DNA of 64,000 nt from Rhynchobatus australiae (taxonomy: Eukaryota). The translations under genes and the position numbers were made by a program. Shown in pieces: positions 62,813 to 64,000 of this stretch. The notes beneath the pieces are model-generated. The model saw only the letters and a list, made by a program, of their open reading frames with translations, did no database searches and was not told the DNA's origin. The stretch is taken from positions 92,467,482 to 92,531,481 of the forward strand of contig JAUZTB010000107.1 in the NCBI GenBank assembly GCA_034780895.1, in the 5' to 3' direction. Numbering within the stretch: the first letter of the stretch is position 1; each line of letters starts with the position of its first letter.

Positions 62813-63012
62813 GGTGGTCAGGGTTCTGATGAGGAGTCCCAGACTGTTATATGGCTGTTGTTGTTCCATTTCTTTATATGTGAGTGAATTGCACACGGTC
62901 TGTGGAGGAAGTGGACATGATTGGAAACAATGGTCCCTTCTCAGCAGATACTTCTCCATCCTAAACTCCTTCTTGCAGCCTTAAGTAGAAACCAAGTTCA
63001 TTGTTAGAAAAT

Positions 63013-63375
63013 TGGCACAGTTGTGGGACTGGTAGAGCTGCTGCCTCACATCTCCAGTGATCTGGGTTCAATCCTGACCTCTGGTGCTGTCTGTGTGGAG
63101 TTTGCACGTTCTCCATGTGACGGTGTGGATTTCCTCCTGGTGCTCTGGTTTCCTCATCCCACATCCCAAAAATGTGTGAGTTGGTAGAGTAACTGACCAC
63201 TGTAAATTGCCCCTTGTTTGTGGGTGAGTAGTAGGATCTGGGGGAAGGTGTTGAGAATTGATTGCGGGAGAGAAAGGCTTAACATGGGATTAGTTTAACT
63301 GGGTAGCTGATGATTGGCATGGACTCAGTGGCCTGAAGTGCCTGCTTCTGTGTTATATCTCTCCATGACTCAATG
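63013..63375 (+). mobile_element. Near full-length HE1/V-SINE-like element with CR1-type tail
   Basis: tRNA-like head with gggttcaatcc; V-like body; tail ggcatggactcagtggcctgaagtgcctgcttctgtgttatatctctccatgactc. Confidence 0.88.
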
Positions 63376-63618
63376 AAGGGCATAAAGTTGAGGTTATTAC
63401 TCTCTGGATAGCCACAGGGTGCGTCAGAAATTGCTAGAACTTCAACATTCAAGTGTAATTGATTTTTTAAATGATGTGACATGTATAACTTAATCCCAAA
63501 TAGCTACTGCAGGAATGAAAATTTGATTTTTCATGTGCTGAGTTTCACACCTCCTGACTATGATCTTCGGAGATGTTTTACCTCTCCCTGTTAATCTCAG
63601 TGATTTGTCCAAATCCTA

Positions 63619-63880
63619 TGGTAATGTCGCAGTTAGCATAACTCTATTACAGTGCCAGTGACCCGGTTTCAATTCTGGCTGCTATCTGTAAGGAGTTTGC
63701 ATGTTCTCCCCGTGACTGTGTGGGGGTGCTCCAGTTTCCTCCACATTCCAAAGACGTATGGGTTAGGAAGTTGTGGGCACGCTATGTTGGCACCAGAAGC
63801 CTGGTGACACGTGGGCTACCTCAAGAGTACGCAAAAAATGCATTTCATTGTGTGCTTTGATGTACCTGTGACTAATAAAG
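63619..63880 (+). mobile_element. V-SINE-like element with Rex1-like tail
   Basis: Colinear with 61560-61891; ends catttcattgtgtgctttgatgtacctgtgactaataaag. Confidence 0.85.
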
Positions 63881-64000
63881 TTAGTCTTTTGTGATTGATA
63901 TTGAATTGACCATTATAATATATATCTCCTGGCTTTGACTCTGCATAGCTCAACAAGGGTTCTTCAATCAACTGGTTGAGAAGTCATGTTGCTGCTGCCC

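Overview
This is non-coding vertebrate genomic DNA from a gappy draft assembly. The repeat content (HE1/V-SINE-like SINEs, CR1, L2, Rex1/Babar, Penelope) points to a cartilaginous fish, probably a ray or sawfish. I could not identify any cellular protein-coding gene; the only recognisable protein sequences are decayed retroelement ORFs. Positions ~930-19,000 form a sharply bounded CpG-retaining domain (by hand about 45 CpG in 18,001-19,000 versus 3 in 19,001-20,000). It contains a minus-strand promoter/first-exon-like region at ~2.4-3.85 kb with a DR5 retinoic-acid-response-like element, and an ATG abutting an N-gap. Positions 19-64 kb are CpG-depleted, with old and young transposable elements between enhancer-like unique blocks and a possible plus-strand first exon at ~25.5-25.75 kb. 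The most unusual signals are (i) let-7 and other conserved miRNA seed matches in the 3'UTRs of three different Rex1-type LINE copies, (ii) a ~4.3 kb G-poor decayed ~15-bp tandem array at 44.6-49 kb, and (iii) SINEs with related heads and bodies but either CR1-type or Rex1-type tails. All family assignments come from motif recognition by eye, not from database searches.
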